A stretch of 64,000 nucleotides of DNA, from positions 37,198 through 101,197 of the forward strand of contig DKOR01000018.1 in assembly GCA_002470825.1 (NCBI GenBank). Direction: 5' to 3'. The notes under the pieces were generated by a model. It had not been told where the DNA came from. It saw only the letters and a list, made by a program, of their open reading frames with translations, and searched no databases. Made by a program: the position numbers and the translations under genes. Positions 1 through 9,405 of this stretch are shown here, piece by piece. Origin of the DNA: Thiotrichaceae bacterium UBA7357 (GTDB lineage: Bacteria; Pseudomonadota; Gammaproteobacteria; Eutrophobiales; Eutrophobiaceae). The number at the start of each line of letters is the position of its first letter. The first letter of the stretch is position 1.

Positions 1-2
1 AG

Positions 3-2525
3 TTGCTTAATGTTGCAGAAGAGAATACTGGTATGCGTCGTCGACGTATGGCCGAAAAAGAAATCGGACTAGAAAATATAGTTGGAACCTTCGCAAATGT
101 TTTTAAAAAAGCTAACGTATCAGGTGTGAGCCCAGAAGAGATTCAAAACTTACTTGATGTTGCACATATTCGTCCGACTTTTACGGCACATCCCACCGAA
201 GCAAAACGCGTAACAGTATTAGAAATACATCGTCGAATCTATGTCTTATTATATCGTTTAGAAGGGTCACGTTGGACAGCGCGAGAACGTGAAAAATTTC
301 TTGATGCCTTACGTAATGAGATTGACTTACTCTGGTTGACAGGTGAATTACGTCTAGAAAAGCCAACCGTTCCACAAGAAGTTGTATGGGGACTACATTT
401 TTTCGAACAAACTCTGTTTGAGCGTATCCCAGAAACACATGAAAAATTAAAATTAGCATTAAACAAAAATTATCCTGATACAGATTTTTTACTCCCGTCA
501 TTTTTTCAGTTCGGTTCTTGGATTGGTGGTGATCGTGATGGGAACCCTCTTGTTACTAATGATGTCACCAAAGATACATTACTAAAGAATCGTCAAATGG
601 TATTTCATCATTATATAAAACGGTTAGAAGACTTAGTCGAACACTTGAGTGTATCCAGTATTAACATCAAGTTATCAAAAATATTTGAGCAAGATTTACA
701 AGTAATTTTAAAAGATATTGATGAACTTGAATTGGTTTCAGAGAGAAACCCTGGAGAGGTTTTTCGTCAATTCTTGACATGTATGTTAGTTAAATTACGA
801 GGCACTTTGAGTAGTCATAGTGAAGGACATTTTAGCGCGATTCGTTATAGTAATGTAGATGAATTTATTATAGATATAAAACAATTGATGGCGGGGTTAC
901 AAGCGTCTGATTGTAAACAGCTGTCGCAAACATTAGTTCTTCCTCTATTACAGGAAGCAGAAGCATTTCGTTTTCGGACAGTAAGACTTGATCTAAGAGA
1001 AAACTCAACTACAGTAAATCATACACTAGCATCTATCTGGAAGGCAATGAATACGAAAGATACACCACCCTCGCCCAATAGTGCTAGGTGGAAAGCCTGG
1101 TTACTAGCAGAGTTAGATAAACCACAAGAAAATTTACCGACCTTTTCTAATTTGGATGATACTTCTACTTCGACTATTGGCTTGTTTCAGATGACAGCCG
1201 ACATGATGGATAAATTGGATCATGAAGCATTCGGATACTTCATTTTATCAATGACACAATCCATCAATGATATCCTCGGTGTCTATCTGTTGGCGAAAAT
1301 AGCTGGTTTATTTGTAGAGAAAAATGGTGAGGTTTATAGTCGACTGCCTATCGTTCCATTATTCGAAACAATAGATGATTTACAAAGAGGCCCCCAGATG
1401 ATGTCTGAGTTATTCACCATTCCGATCGTCCAACAATCGATAAACCATCAAACTGGTATACAGGAAGTGATGATTGGTTATTCTGATTCTAATAAAGATG
1501 GTGGTTACTTCACCGCAAATTGGGAATTAAGCAAAGCACAAGCTAATCTAACTAAGATAGGGCAGGATGTGGGAATTTCAATCTCCTTTTTTCATGGAAG
1601 AGGTGGCTCAGTCAGTCGCGGTGGTGCACCGACCGGTTATGCCATCGCAGCACAACCGGCAGGCTCTATCCATGGGCAAATGCGTATTACCGAACAAGGT
1701 GAAGTGGTGTCATCAAAATATGCCAACGAAGGTACCGCTCAATATCAGATGGAATTATTAGCTGCAAGTGTGTTTGAACATACTCTGAAGTCATTAAATC
1801 AAGACGAATTAAAACCGAATCGAGCATTTAATACAGCGATGGAAAGTCTGTCTGAACTCGCCTTTAATAAATATCGAAAATTTGCAGAAACAGACGATCT
1901 GATGGATTATTATAGTGCTGCAAGTCCAGTAGAGGAATTAGCAAAAATGAATATCGGTTCACGTCCAGCCAGACGTTTTGGTATAAAGTCATTAAGCGAT
2001 CTACGCGCAATACCATGGGTATTCGCTTGGACACAAAATAGACACCTAGTCCCGGGTTGGTATGGAGTGGGTACCGCATTAAAATCATTTATCGATATGC
2101 GTGGTTTAAAAGGCGAGCAGTTACTCAAGGATATGTTTGATGATATGTGTTTATTCCGCTTGATTCTTGATGAGGTTGAAAAAACTTTGTCGTTGGTCGA
2201 TTTGCAGGTGTCAGAATCCTTTTCGAAACTCGTTGAAAACGAAAAGCTACGAGACAATGTGTTTGGTAAAGTCGTGAATGAATATAAGCTTACAGTAGAG
2301 ATGGTCTTGAAGATAACTGGTGAAGAAAGGCTCTGCGAACGATTCAAAAAGTTTAGTCGTAAACTTAATCGACGTTACCCCATTCTTTTTCAAGTAGGTA
2401 TGGAGCAAGTACAGTTATTGAAAGAATTTCGTAGTAAGCAAGAAAGTGGTGATCCAGCAGAAAGTTTGGCACCGATGTTGTTATCTATCAATTGTGTTTC
2501 TACAGGATTAGGCTGGACAGGCTAG
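3..2525 (+). CDS. ppc: Phosphoenolpyruvate carboxylase, 5'-truncated by the window edge
   Basis: Conserved PEPC motifs VMIGYSDSNKDGG and FHGRGGSVSRGG; family-typical C-terminal GWTG end; 840 aa partial. Confidence 0.95.
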   Translation: MLNVAEENTGMRRRRMAEKEIGLENIVGTFANVFKKANVSGVSPEEIQNLLDVAHIRPTFTAHPTEAKRVTVLEIHRRIYVLLYRLEGSRWTAREREKFLDALRNEIDLLWLTGELRLEKPTVPQEVVWGLHFFEQTLFERIPETHEKLKLALNKNYPDTDFLLPSFFQFGSWIGGDRDGNPLVTNDVTKDTLLKNRQMVFHHYIKRLEDLVEHLSVSSINIKLSKIFEQDLQVILKDIDELELVSERNPGEVFRQFLTCMLVKLRGTLSSHSEGHFSAIRYSNVDEFIIDIKQLMAGLQASDCKQLSQTLVLPLLQEAEAFRFRTVRLDLRENSTTVNHTLASIWKAMNTKDTPPSPNSARWKAWLLAELDKPQENLPTFSNLDDTSTSTIGLFQMTADMMDKLDHEAFGYFILSMTQSINDILGVYLLAKIAGLFVEKNGEVYSRLPIVPLFETIDDLQRGPQMMSELFTIPIVQQSINHQTGIQEVMIGYSDSNKDGGYFTANWELSKAQANLTKIGQDVGISISFFHGRGGSVSRGGAPTGYAIAAQPAGSIHGQMRITEQGEVVSSKYANEGTAQYQMELLAASVFEHTLKSLNQDELKPNRAFNTAMESLSELAFNKYRKFAETDDLMDYYSAASPVEELAKMNIGSRPARRFGIKSLSDLRAIPWVFAWTQNRHLVPGWYGVGTALKSFIDMRGLKGEQLLKDMFDDMCLFRLILDEVEKTLSLVDLQVSESFSKLVENEKLRDNVFGKVVNEYKLTVEMVLKITGEERLCERFKKFSRKLNRRYPILFQVGMEQVQLLKEFRSKQESGDPAESLAPMLLSINCVSTGLGWTG

Positions 2526-2583
2526 TAGAAGTATTTTTTATTTCTACGATCAATCACTTCTGCTTTCTAATTTGTCCATTTTT

Positions 2584-2967
2584 TTAATTCGCAAATTTAA
2601 AATCTTCGTAAATAATCGCTGGCTCTTCATTCAGGAATATGTTTTCGCTTAATGTGCTAGTAGAGATCGCATTAAGCGTAATGTTTTCATATAACCAATA
2701 ATATATTTTATTTTTGAAAGTGCCATAGCGCCAATTATATCTGCATTGCATCCAGTTGTTATTAAGGGAACCGATTTTTTCAATGTCTACTTTATTACTT
2801 GATGAATGATTATATTTAAGAACGTTATTATTTAAATTTATTTTGAATCTGTAAAATATTAAATCGTTTTTTATTATCTGAGGATATTTAAATGGGCCAT
2901 ATTGATTATCATCAATATGTTGATCTATTACGCATCGGTTTTTGAATGCATAAAACGCAGGTGGCAT
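2584..2967 (-). CDS. Hypothetical Asn/Tyr/Lys-rich orphan protein (127 aa), no recognisable domain
   Basis: Only long ORF in a roughly 1 kb AT-rich tract convergent with ppc; no signal peptide; composition extreme; may be spurious or a decayed acquired gene. Confidence 0.3.
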   Translation of the reverse strand: MPPAFYAFKNRCVIDQHIDDNQYGPFKYPQIIKNDLIFYRFKINLNNNVLKYNHSSSNKVDIEKIGSLNNNWMQCRYNWRYGTFKNKIYYWLYENITLNAISTSTLSENIFLNEEPAIIYEDFKFAN

Positions 2968-3547
2968 TATTATTGGATATCTATCCGGTCTATTTAATCT
3001 CTCCGAGTTATGTTTTTTTTCTCTGGCTCTTATCCCACTGATTAATGATTATTTGTAATATTAACATTTCTATTTTTAAATTATTAATCAAAAGTTTTGA
3101 ATAAAGATTATATGATAGAAGTCTAATTTTATTATGTATTGATAGAAAATTTATAAAATATTAGCTCTGAGGTCGTGTAGAGTTTAGTACTTAAAATGTG
3201 AATGGTTGTTATAGTAATCGTAGATAAAAAAACTTAATTTTTTTTCTTTAGAGCTATAACTAAGATAAGACTATATGAAATGATATGTACTGAGCTTTTG
3301 ATATACATATTAAAGCTCAAGATAGTCTTTGTAGATGTGAGAAAGCCACAAGTAACCAAATTTTCAGCAAAATTATTGTCAAGTGCTGAGGGAGTAGCAG
3401 GTGAATTACTAGAATCTAACTTTTTAAAACATCAACACACAGAAATATAAAATTAAAAAATATTTTTGATATTAGTTAACAAGGACTTAACAAGTTAGCA
3501 TAGATATGTCTAAGTCAATAAGTAAGAATACGCTCTAGTTATCTAGA

Positions 3548-3576
3548 AATAAAAAAGCCCCGCACTTAGCGGGGCT
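3548..3576 (-). terminator. Rho-independent terminator downstream of the csp gene
   Basis: GC stem GCCCCGC / GCGGGGC with loop ACTTA at 3557-3575, followed on the minus strand by a U-run (plus-strand aaaaaa at 3551-3556). Confidence 0.7.
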
Positions 3577-3607
3577 CTTGCAATATATATAAAATATCTA
3601 ACCTAGA

Positions 3608-3811
3608 TTACTGTGCAACCACGTTAATTGCACTAGGTCCTTTTTCACCCTGCTCAGTGTCGAAACTAACAGTCTGTCCTTCTGCAAGTGACTTGAAACC
3701 ATCAGCTTGAATAGAACTATGATGAACAAATACATCAGCACTACCATCAGCCGGAGAAATAAAACCAAAACCCTTACTATCGTTAAACCATTTTACTGTA
3801 CCTGTAGCCAT
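3608..3811 (-). CDS. Cold-shock protein, CspA family
   Basis: [18 protein letters not shown] ... [10 protein letters not shown]; RNP motifs of the cold-shock domain; 67 aa. Confidence 0.9.
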   Translation of the reverse strand: MATGTVKWFNDSKGFGFISPADGSADVFVHHSSIQADGFKSLAEGQTVSFDTEQGEKGPSAINVVAQ

Positions 3812-4477
3812 TTTTGGATACCTCTTTAATTATTAAAAAACAATGTATTAGCATGTAAATTGTTGTAGAACTGTTACGGAAGAGGCTGCTTTTTACATTG
3901 CGTAGAACTACCGGGAACCGCTACAAACTTTTTTTACTAATGTCGGCACCTTATAGATTTCTGGCAAGAAAGACTATCTTTTTAGCTAATTATCTGCAAA
4001 AGAGTCGATAATTAAGCAATTAAAGACCATTAATTACTAAAATCTCCCTCTATTTTGGGTGATTAGCAGTTTTATTCAAAAAAGGTAGGTTTAACTATTA
4101 GAGTATTTGTTGTGGACAAAGTATTGAAAAATGTTCTGAGTCTTCTTTCGTGACGCCGAGTTTTAGTTGATGCTAGTTCTTTTTTAGATCTAAGTCACTG
4201 TCGGTATTCGTGGTATACGGAGTTAAAAATCGACTGTTTGGTAGTCTGATTATTGGGCTGTTTTAGCTGAGTTATTTACGAATCAGCGATATTGCAATGC
4301 CAAATAGCATTACATTGAATCTAAAATAGATGAAGACAGAAGTTCCTTAATAGATTGTGTAAATTTATTTATTTTGAACCTGCTATTAATCGATGCATTT
4401 TTATACGTAAGGTGTAAAGTATTGATAGAGTTATGTAGTTATAAATACAAGCTTACCTTAATCTTGGAGAATTAACG

Positions 4478-4603
4478 ATGTCTAAAGAACGTAATAGCAG
4501 AAAAGAATCTGCGAAGAAACCTGCACTCTCTTTGAAAGAAAAACGTGCTGCAAAAAAAGCTAAAAAAAACACTAGTTCTTCTTTTACTGCTCCAGATAAA
4601 TAA
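4478..4603 (+). CDS. Unannotated small lysine-rich basic protein (41 aa): MSKERNSRKESAKKPALSLKEKRAAKKAKKNTSSSFTAPDK
   Basis: ATG at 4478 preceded by GGAGA at 4466-4470 (7-nt spacing); stop TAA 4601-4603; below the ORF-track length cut-off; histone-H1-tail-like composition. Confidence 0.4.
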   Translation: MSKERNSRKESAKKPALSLKEKRAAKKAKKNTSSSFTAPDK

Positions 4604-4706
4604 CTTTGGTTAGAGATTGGAATTTATAAAATTATTTAAAAAAAAACTACTCTTTTTTGTTGCTAGATTTAATTAAAAAATTTTAAAGATTTGCTTTAAA
4701 TAAAAA

Positions 4707-5339
4707 ATGTCTAATACAATCACCTGGTACTTTGATTTTATTTCTCCCTTTGCTTACCTGCAGCAAATACGCTTACAGAAATTTTCGAGTGACATAATGG
4801 TTCAACCATGTCCCATTTTATTTGCTGGCTTGTTAAATAATTGGAAACATAAGGGACCGGCTGAGATCCCATCAAAACGACTGTTTACGTATCAGTATGT
4901 TGTCTGGTTGGCAAAACAACAAGGTGTTCAGTTACGCATGCCTCCATCACATCCGTTTAATCCGTTGCGGCCATTGCGTTTGGCAATTGCTATGAAAAAT
5001 GAGATGGATGTAATCACAAAGATATTTAAATATATCTGGCATGATGGTTTTTCTGTTGATGATGATGCATCGTGGCATAAATTCGTTATTTCGCTAGGTA
5101 TTAATGGGCCGGATAACTTGATTAATCAAAATTTGGTAAAAGAGCAATTACGAGAAAACACCAAAACAGCAATTGAGTTCGGTGTGTTTGGTGTGCCAAC
5201 TATTATTGCTGATGAGCATTTATTCTGGGGTAATGATGCAACAGATATGTATCTTGATTATCAAAAAAGCTCGGATTTTTATAATGATCCAGAGCTAAAA
5301 TTTATTGATACAATTCCAGAAGCTGCTAGCAAGCGTTAA
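4707..5339 (+). CDS. DsbA-like thioredoxin-fold protein, 2-hydroxychromene-2-carboxylate isomerase family
   Basis: N-terminal WYFDFISPFAYL and C-terminal FGVPTIIADEHLFWGNDATDM typical of the HCCA isomerase / DsbA-like family. Confidence 0.75.
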   Translation: MSNTITWYFDFISPFAYLQQIRLQKFSSDIMVQPCPILFAGLLNNWKHKGPAEIPSKRLFTYQYVVWLAKQQGVQLRMPPSHPFNPLRPLRLAIAMKNEMDVITKIFKYIWHDGFSVDDDASWHKFVISLGINGPDNLINQNLVKEQLRENTKTAIEFGVFGVPTIIADEHLFWGNDATDMYLDYQKSSDFYNDPELKFIDTIPEAASKR

Positions 5340-5487
5340 ATTATTCATTAATGGTAGTTTTCTTAATTCCATAAGTCCTATGCAAAAAACAGTTTGCTGA
5401 AGTCTTATTAAGTATTTCGAAATCGTGAATTTTTTGGTTTACAATAATTATGAAATTCAATATATATTGATGTAATAGGAAGTGATA

Positions 5488-6054
5488 ATGCCAAAAGCTA
5501 GTGAACTTAAACGTGGAATGGTTGTTGATATCGATGGTGTTCCTTATAGCGTAAAAAATGTTGATGCAAAAAGTCCAACTTCTAGAGGTGCAACAACTCT
5601 ATATAAAATTCGTTTCAAGAACCTCCAGTCAGGAAAAAAACTAGATGAATCGTTTAAAAGCGATGAATTACTTAAAGAGGCTGATTGTGTGCGTGTGTCG
5701 GTACAATTTTCATATAGGGATGCTGAAAATATTATCTTCATGAATACTGAAGATTATTCTCAATATGAAGTAAATGAAAATGATGTAAAGAGCCTAATGA
5801 GTTACATCACAGAAGGCCTAGAAGGTCTAACTGCGTTAATAATGGATGGTATGCTTCTAAGTGTTGAATTACCCCAGTTTGTTGATATGGAAATCGTTGA
5901 TACCATACCAAATATCAAAGGCGCAACCGTGGCAGGTAGGACTAAGCCTGCGATATTGAGTACTGGAATAGAAGTACAAGTGCCAGAGTATATGGAGACT
6001 GGTGAGATTATACGAATTAATACAGGCACTGGTAAATTCATGACGCGTGTTTGA
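5488..6054 (+). CDS. yeiP: Elongation factor P-like protein EfpL/YeiP (EF-P paralog)
   Basis: Near full-length match to E. coli YeiP (KSPTSRGATTLYKIRF loop with Arg, QVPEYMETGEIIRI); ATG at 5488 with AGGAAG 5 nt upstream (ORF track begins at GTG 5482). Confidence 0.85.
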   Translation: MPKASELKRGMVVDIDGVPYSVKNVDAKSPTSRGATTLYKIRFKNLQSGKKLDESFKSDELLKEADCVRVSVQFSYRDAENIIFMNTEDYSQYEVNENDVKSLMSYITEGLEGLTALIMDGMLLSVELPQFVDMEIVDTIPNIKGATVAGRTKPAILSTGIEVQVPEYMETGEIIRINTGTGKFMTRV

Positions 6055-6074
6055 TTATATAATATTCATTAGTG

Positions 6075-6509
6075 ATGAAAAAAATATTTCAATACTTGAC
6101 CATAAGTAGTTTACTCATTGTTATGATGTTAAGTGCGAATCCTCAAGACTTGAATGGAGACCATATGGATTGCCCTGATTCACCAAATTGTGTTTCTAGT
6201 CTGGCTAGTACCCATACACATTTTATTGCGCCATTAACTTTTAAAGATCGACCAGAACTAGCAATGCAACGACTTAAGAAAGTACTAATGACTGAAAAAC
6301 GTGTGACGATAATTGCGGAACGCACTGACTATCTTCATGGGGAAATACGTAGTCTTATTTTCAGGTTTATAGATGATATTGAATTTATATTATCTATTGA
6401 GAATAAGGTTTTTCAAGTTCGTTCATCTTCTCGCATTGGTTACAGCGATTTTGGTGTGAATCGTCGTCGTGTTGAAAGAATTAGGGAAAAATTTGAAATA
6501 CAAGATTGA
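6075..6509 (+). CDS. DUF1499-family secreted protein or lipoprotein
   Basis: N-terminal hydrophobic signal; CPDSPNCVSS motif characteristic of DUF1499; ATG 6075 preferred over GTG 6072. Confidence 0.6.
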   Translation: MKKIFQYLTISSLLIVMMLSANPQDLNGDHMDCPDSPNCVSSLASTHTHFIAPLTFKDRPELAMQRLKKVLMTEKRVTIIAERTDYLHGEIRSLIFRFIDDIEFILSIENKVFQVRSSSRIGYSDFGVNRRRVERIREKFEIQD

Positions 6510-6676
6510 TTTAAAATATTAAAAGTTTTTCTTGACAGTCATTTAAGTGGTATTTACACATATGTACATCTTGCTATGTTTCTCGTTAAGATTGCATAGT
6601 AGAGATTAAATACAATCAATAATTCCGATATCTTAGGAGCATACTCTCAATATTAAAGAACTATGAGCAATAGTTA

Positions 6677-7307
6677 ATGGTCAATGCCAACACTGTGATT
6701 GTTCTTGATTTTGAGACTACAGGACTCTCACCGGACTATGGCGATCGTGTCATAGAGAATGGAGCAATGCGTGTCGAAAATGGAAAAGTTGTTGCGTATT
6801 TTCAAGAATTAATGAACCCAAGTAGGCCTCTTGATAGTTTTATTGAAGCTCATACTGGTATAACTAATAGTATGTTAAGAGATGCTTACACCTTGTAATG
6901 AAGTAATGCATAGACTTTCTGATTTTATTGACGGTTATAACCTTGTTGCTCATAATGCTTCATTTGACGAACGTTTTCTTGATGCGGAATTGAGTAGAAT
7001 CTGTCGGACGTGTACTGGGCAATTTGCATGTTCACTATTGACTGCAAGACGTATCTACCAAGATTCTCCAAACCATAAATTGGCAACCTTACCCGGTTAT
7101 ACAAATATCCCGATAAAAGATGTTTTTCATCGTGCTTTATATGATTCAGATATGACAACAAGGCTATAGTTGGCGATGTTAGATAATATTACTAAAGTAT
7201 ATGAAATAGATCCGGTTCCATTTACGCTAATTCAAAAACTGTCAAAAATTCCAAAAGCTGAAGTCAGAAATTTTTTACGAAAATGGCAAACGATAGTCAA
7301 GGATTAA
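6677..7307 (+). pseudogene. DnaQ-like DEDDh 3'-5' exonuclease, disrupted by a frameshift (about 6885-6896) and an in-frame TAG (7167-7169)
   Basis: Exo [10 protein letters not shown], Exo II VAHNASFDERFL and Exo III HRALYDSD motifs are split across two frames; the TAG falls where DnaQ has Tyr in ..VYLAM.. (here ..TRL*LAML..); reading continues 45 codons to TAA 7305-7307. Confidence 0.7.
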
Positions 7308-7801
7308 ATGACAATAACGTCTTTTCGGTTATACCTCTTCATCTCAAAAGTTGTACAAAGCGACATTTGTAATCATGTGGTCGAGATATTAGTATTGAGA
7401 ATTTTATCATTTTGAAAGCAAATAAATCTTCAACTAAAGATGGTAATTTATTAGTACCATTTGAGTAGTTAATACAATTAATGAATGCTGAGACGGTTAC
7501 TTATAGAGTAAAATGACCAATAGAAAAAAGAAAGATTGTTAAGAGAAAGAGTCTGGACAGCAAAGCATTGCGACGTAGAAAAGAACATTATGAGATGGTG
7601 TGATCGTGTCTTGATCTACAGTTTAGTATGATATGAAATAATTGAAACTTTATCAGATTGAATTGATAATTAACCATGAATTAGGGAAACGTAAAGAGTT
7701 ATCTTAGACATATATGATTCTTATGGCATGAGCAATAAGGGTTCTGAAACCATAGGTTTACGTTTTCATGCAAGAGAATTTTTTAAAAAGCTTCACGCGC
7801 C

Positions 7802-8230
7802 TTAATTACTTGTGTGTTTGTGTTGCTTATTAGGATATCCTCTGATTGATAATGAATAGTTCTCAATTATATCTATTACTGGTATTTGAATAAAATCTTT
7901 ATCGTAAAAATCATCGACGATTATCTCGTTATCCCAGATGACGATATCTAAATCAATTGTACGAGGACCAGCCTTATTACCATTTTTGATTCTGTCTAGT
8001 CGTTTTTCAATAGTCTTGAGATAGCTATTAAACTTTTCAAAATTATGATTAGTTTCTAGCCAGAATGCGCCGTTCAAAAAATCAGCTTGATCTTTATAAC
8101 CCCAGGGTTTGGTGATTATATATTTAGCATTCCCCTTGAATACAGTTTCTTTTAGCAAAATCATTTTGGCAGCATCACAATTTTTGTGAGGTTCAATATT
8201 AGAACCAACTGAAATAATGGTAGATATCAT
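7802..8230 (-). CDS. folK: 2-amino-4-hydroxy-6-hydroxymethyldihydropteridine pyrophosphokinase (HPPK)
   Basis: SVGSNIEP N-terminus and GPRTIDLDIVIWDN motif typical of HPPK. Confidence 0.85.
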   Translation of the reverse strand: MISTIISVGSNIEPHKNCDAAKMILLKETVFKGNAKYIITKPWGYKDQADFLNGAFWLETNHNFEKFNSYLKTIEKRLDRIKNGNKAGPRTIDLDIVIWDNEIIVDDFYDKDFIQIPVIDIIENYSLSIRGYPNKQHKHTSN

Positions 8231-8319
8231 AAATTTTATTATTTTTAATAAATTAAGTTAGTTAAGCTTATACAAAATAGATAAACTCTCAATATACGTT
8301 ACAGGATAATATACTCAAT

Positions 8320-9099
8320 ATGCTGCACTCAAAAAAAATGTCAAAAGGTACCGCACTAATTACCGGAGGAGCTATTCGATTAGGAAAGATATTTAGTGAA
8401 ACTCTTGCCGATGCAGGTTATAAACTCGCAATTCATTATAACTCATCATCTGAAAAAGCTGCAATAACAGCTGAAGAGTTTAAAAAAAAAGGTGTTGATG
8501 CACAAACCTTTCAGTTTGATTTTAGTCAGAAGAACGATGTCAGCAAATTAATTAGAAATGTGCGGGACCAATTTCCCGATCTGAATGTATTGATCAATAG
8601 TGCCTCTGCGTATGACCAAGCAAATATGATGGAAACATCAGAACTGATACTTGAAAGGCAGTTCAAAATTAATTTTCTGACACCATATTTATTAACACAA
8701 GCTTTTGTGCAGCAATGTAAAAAAGGTGATGTAATTAATATTATCGACAATAAGATAGCATTTAATCAATATCAATACTCAGCATATGTGCTGTCGAAAA
8801 AGTCCTTAGCAGAATTTACGCGTTTGTCTGCAGTCGAATTAGCACCAGATGTCCGGGTTAACGGCATTGCTCCTGGCGTGATACTACCCGCTAGTGTTCG
8901 TAGTCAGGAGTATATTGATTGGCGGGTGGAAGGTATCCCGCTAAAGCAGCAAGGACAGACCAATAACATTTCACAAGCATTGCAATACCTGTTAACAAAT
9001 AAATTTGTTTGTGGGCAAATATTATATGTTGATGGTGGAGAATCACTAACTAATGATGGACAAAACTTTGCAAAGCATGATGGCTATTCGAAAATCTAG
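8320..9099 (+). CDS. SDR-family oxidoreductase, pteridine reductase / FolM-like
   Basis: TGGAIRLGK (Arg-containing TGxxxRxG variant typical of PTR1/FolM), YxxxK (YVLSK); divergent from folK; start may be the internal Met at 8338. Confidence 0.65.
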   Translation: MLHSKKMSKGTALITGGAIRLGKIFSETLADAGYKLAIHYNSSSEKAAITAEEFKKKGVDAQTFQFDFSQKNDVSKLIRNVRDQFPDLNVLINSASAYDQANMMETSELILERQFKINFLTPYLLTQAFVQQCKKGDVINIIDNKIAFNQYQYSAYVLSKKSLAEFTRLSAVELAPDVRVNGIAPGVILPASVRSQEYIDWRVEGIPLKQQGQTNNISQALQYLLTNKFVCGQILYVDGGESLTNDGQNFAKHDGYSKI

Positions 9100-9242
9100 C
9101 GATATTATGAATATATCAAATTTCTCTAATTTAAATTTAACATCGAGGGTAAACTTCTGGTTACTATAAATATCCTGATGTAAAAGAATTACATCTTTCT
9201 TATTACAGACATGATTTATTATTACTTTGATTATTCAATATG

Positions 9243-9261
9243 ATGAAGATATTATCTTCAT
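9243..9261. promoter_or_regulatory. 19-nt perfect palindrome ATGAAGATA-T-TATCTTCAT upstream of yjcH-actP
   Basis: Read directly; about 145 nt upstream of the yjcH start; AT-rich so more likely an operator than a terminator. Confidence 0.3.
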
Positions 9262-9405
9262 GGGTACTGGTTGATGACTATAATATTAGTCTCCGAAATA
9301 TTTGAAATGCTAGTAGTATCTTTAATTGTTCAAACTATATCGAGAACAAATTTTGTGATCTATGTGTTATCATAAGCATATAAATAAAACTAAAGGATGC
9401 ACGTT

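Noticed and set aside
181-2347. Several antisense ORFs of 60-145 aa inside ppc (181-501, 239-466, 1864-2088, 1910-2347 on the minus strand; 1567-1761 on the plus strand)
   Set aside because: They are fully embedded in a highly conserved PEPC reading frame, have low-complexity Ser/Arg-rich compositions and no motifs, so they are shadow ORFs.
2526-2583. Weak hairpin GTAGAA-(11 nt)-TTCTAC right after the ppc stop as a bidirectional terminator
   Set aside because: The stem is short and AT-rich with no adjacent T-run on either strand; not convincing enough to call.
6531-6560. TTGACA at 6531-6536 as a sigma-70 -35 element for the dnaQ-like gene
   Set aside because: No acceptable -10 hexamer at 16-18 nt spacing; the downstream gene is a pseudogene anyway.
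8320-8337. Alternative shorter start for the SDR gene at Met 8338 (MSKGTALITGG)
   Set aside because: Not rejected outright; either start is possible. I kept the ORF-track start because I could not evaluate the RBS strength decisively.
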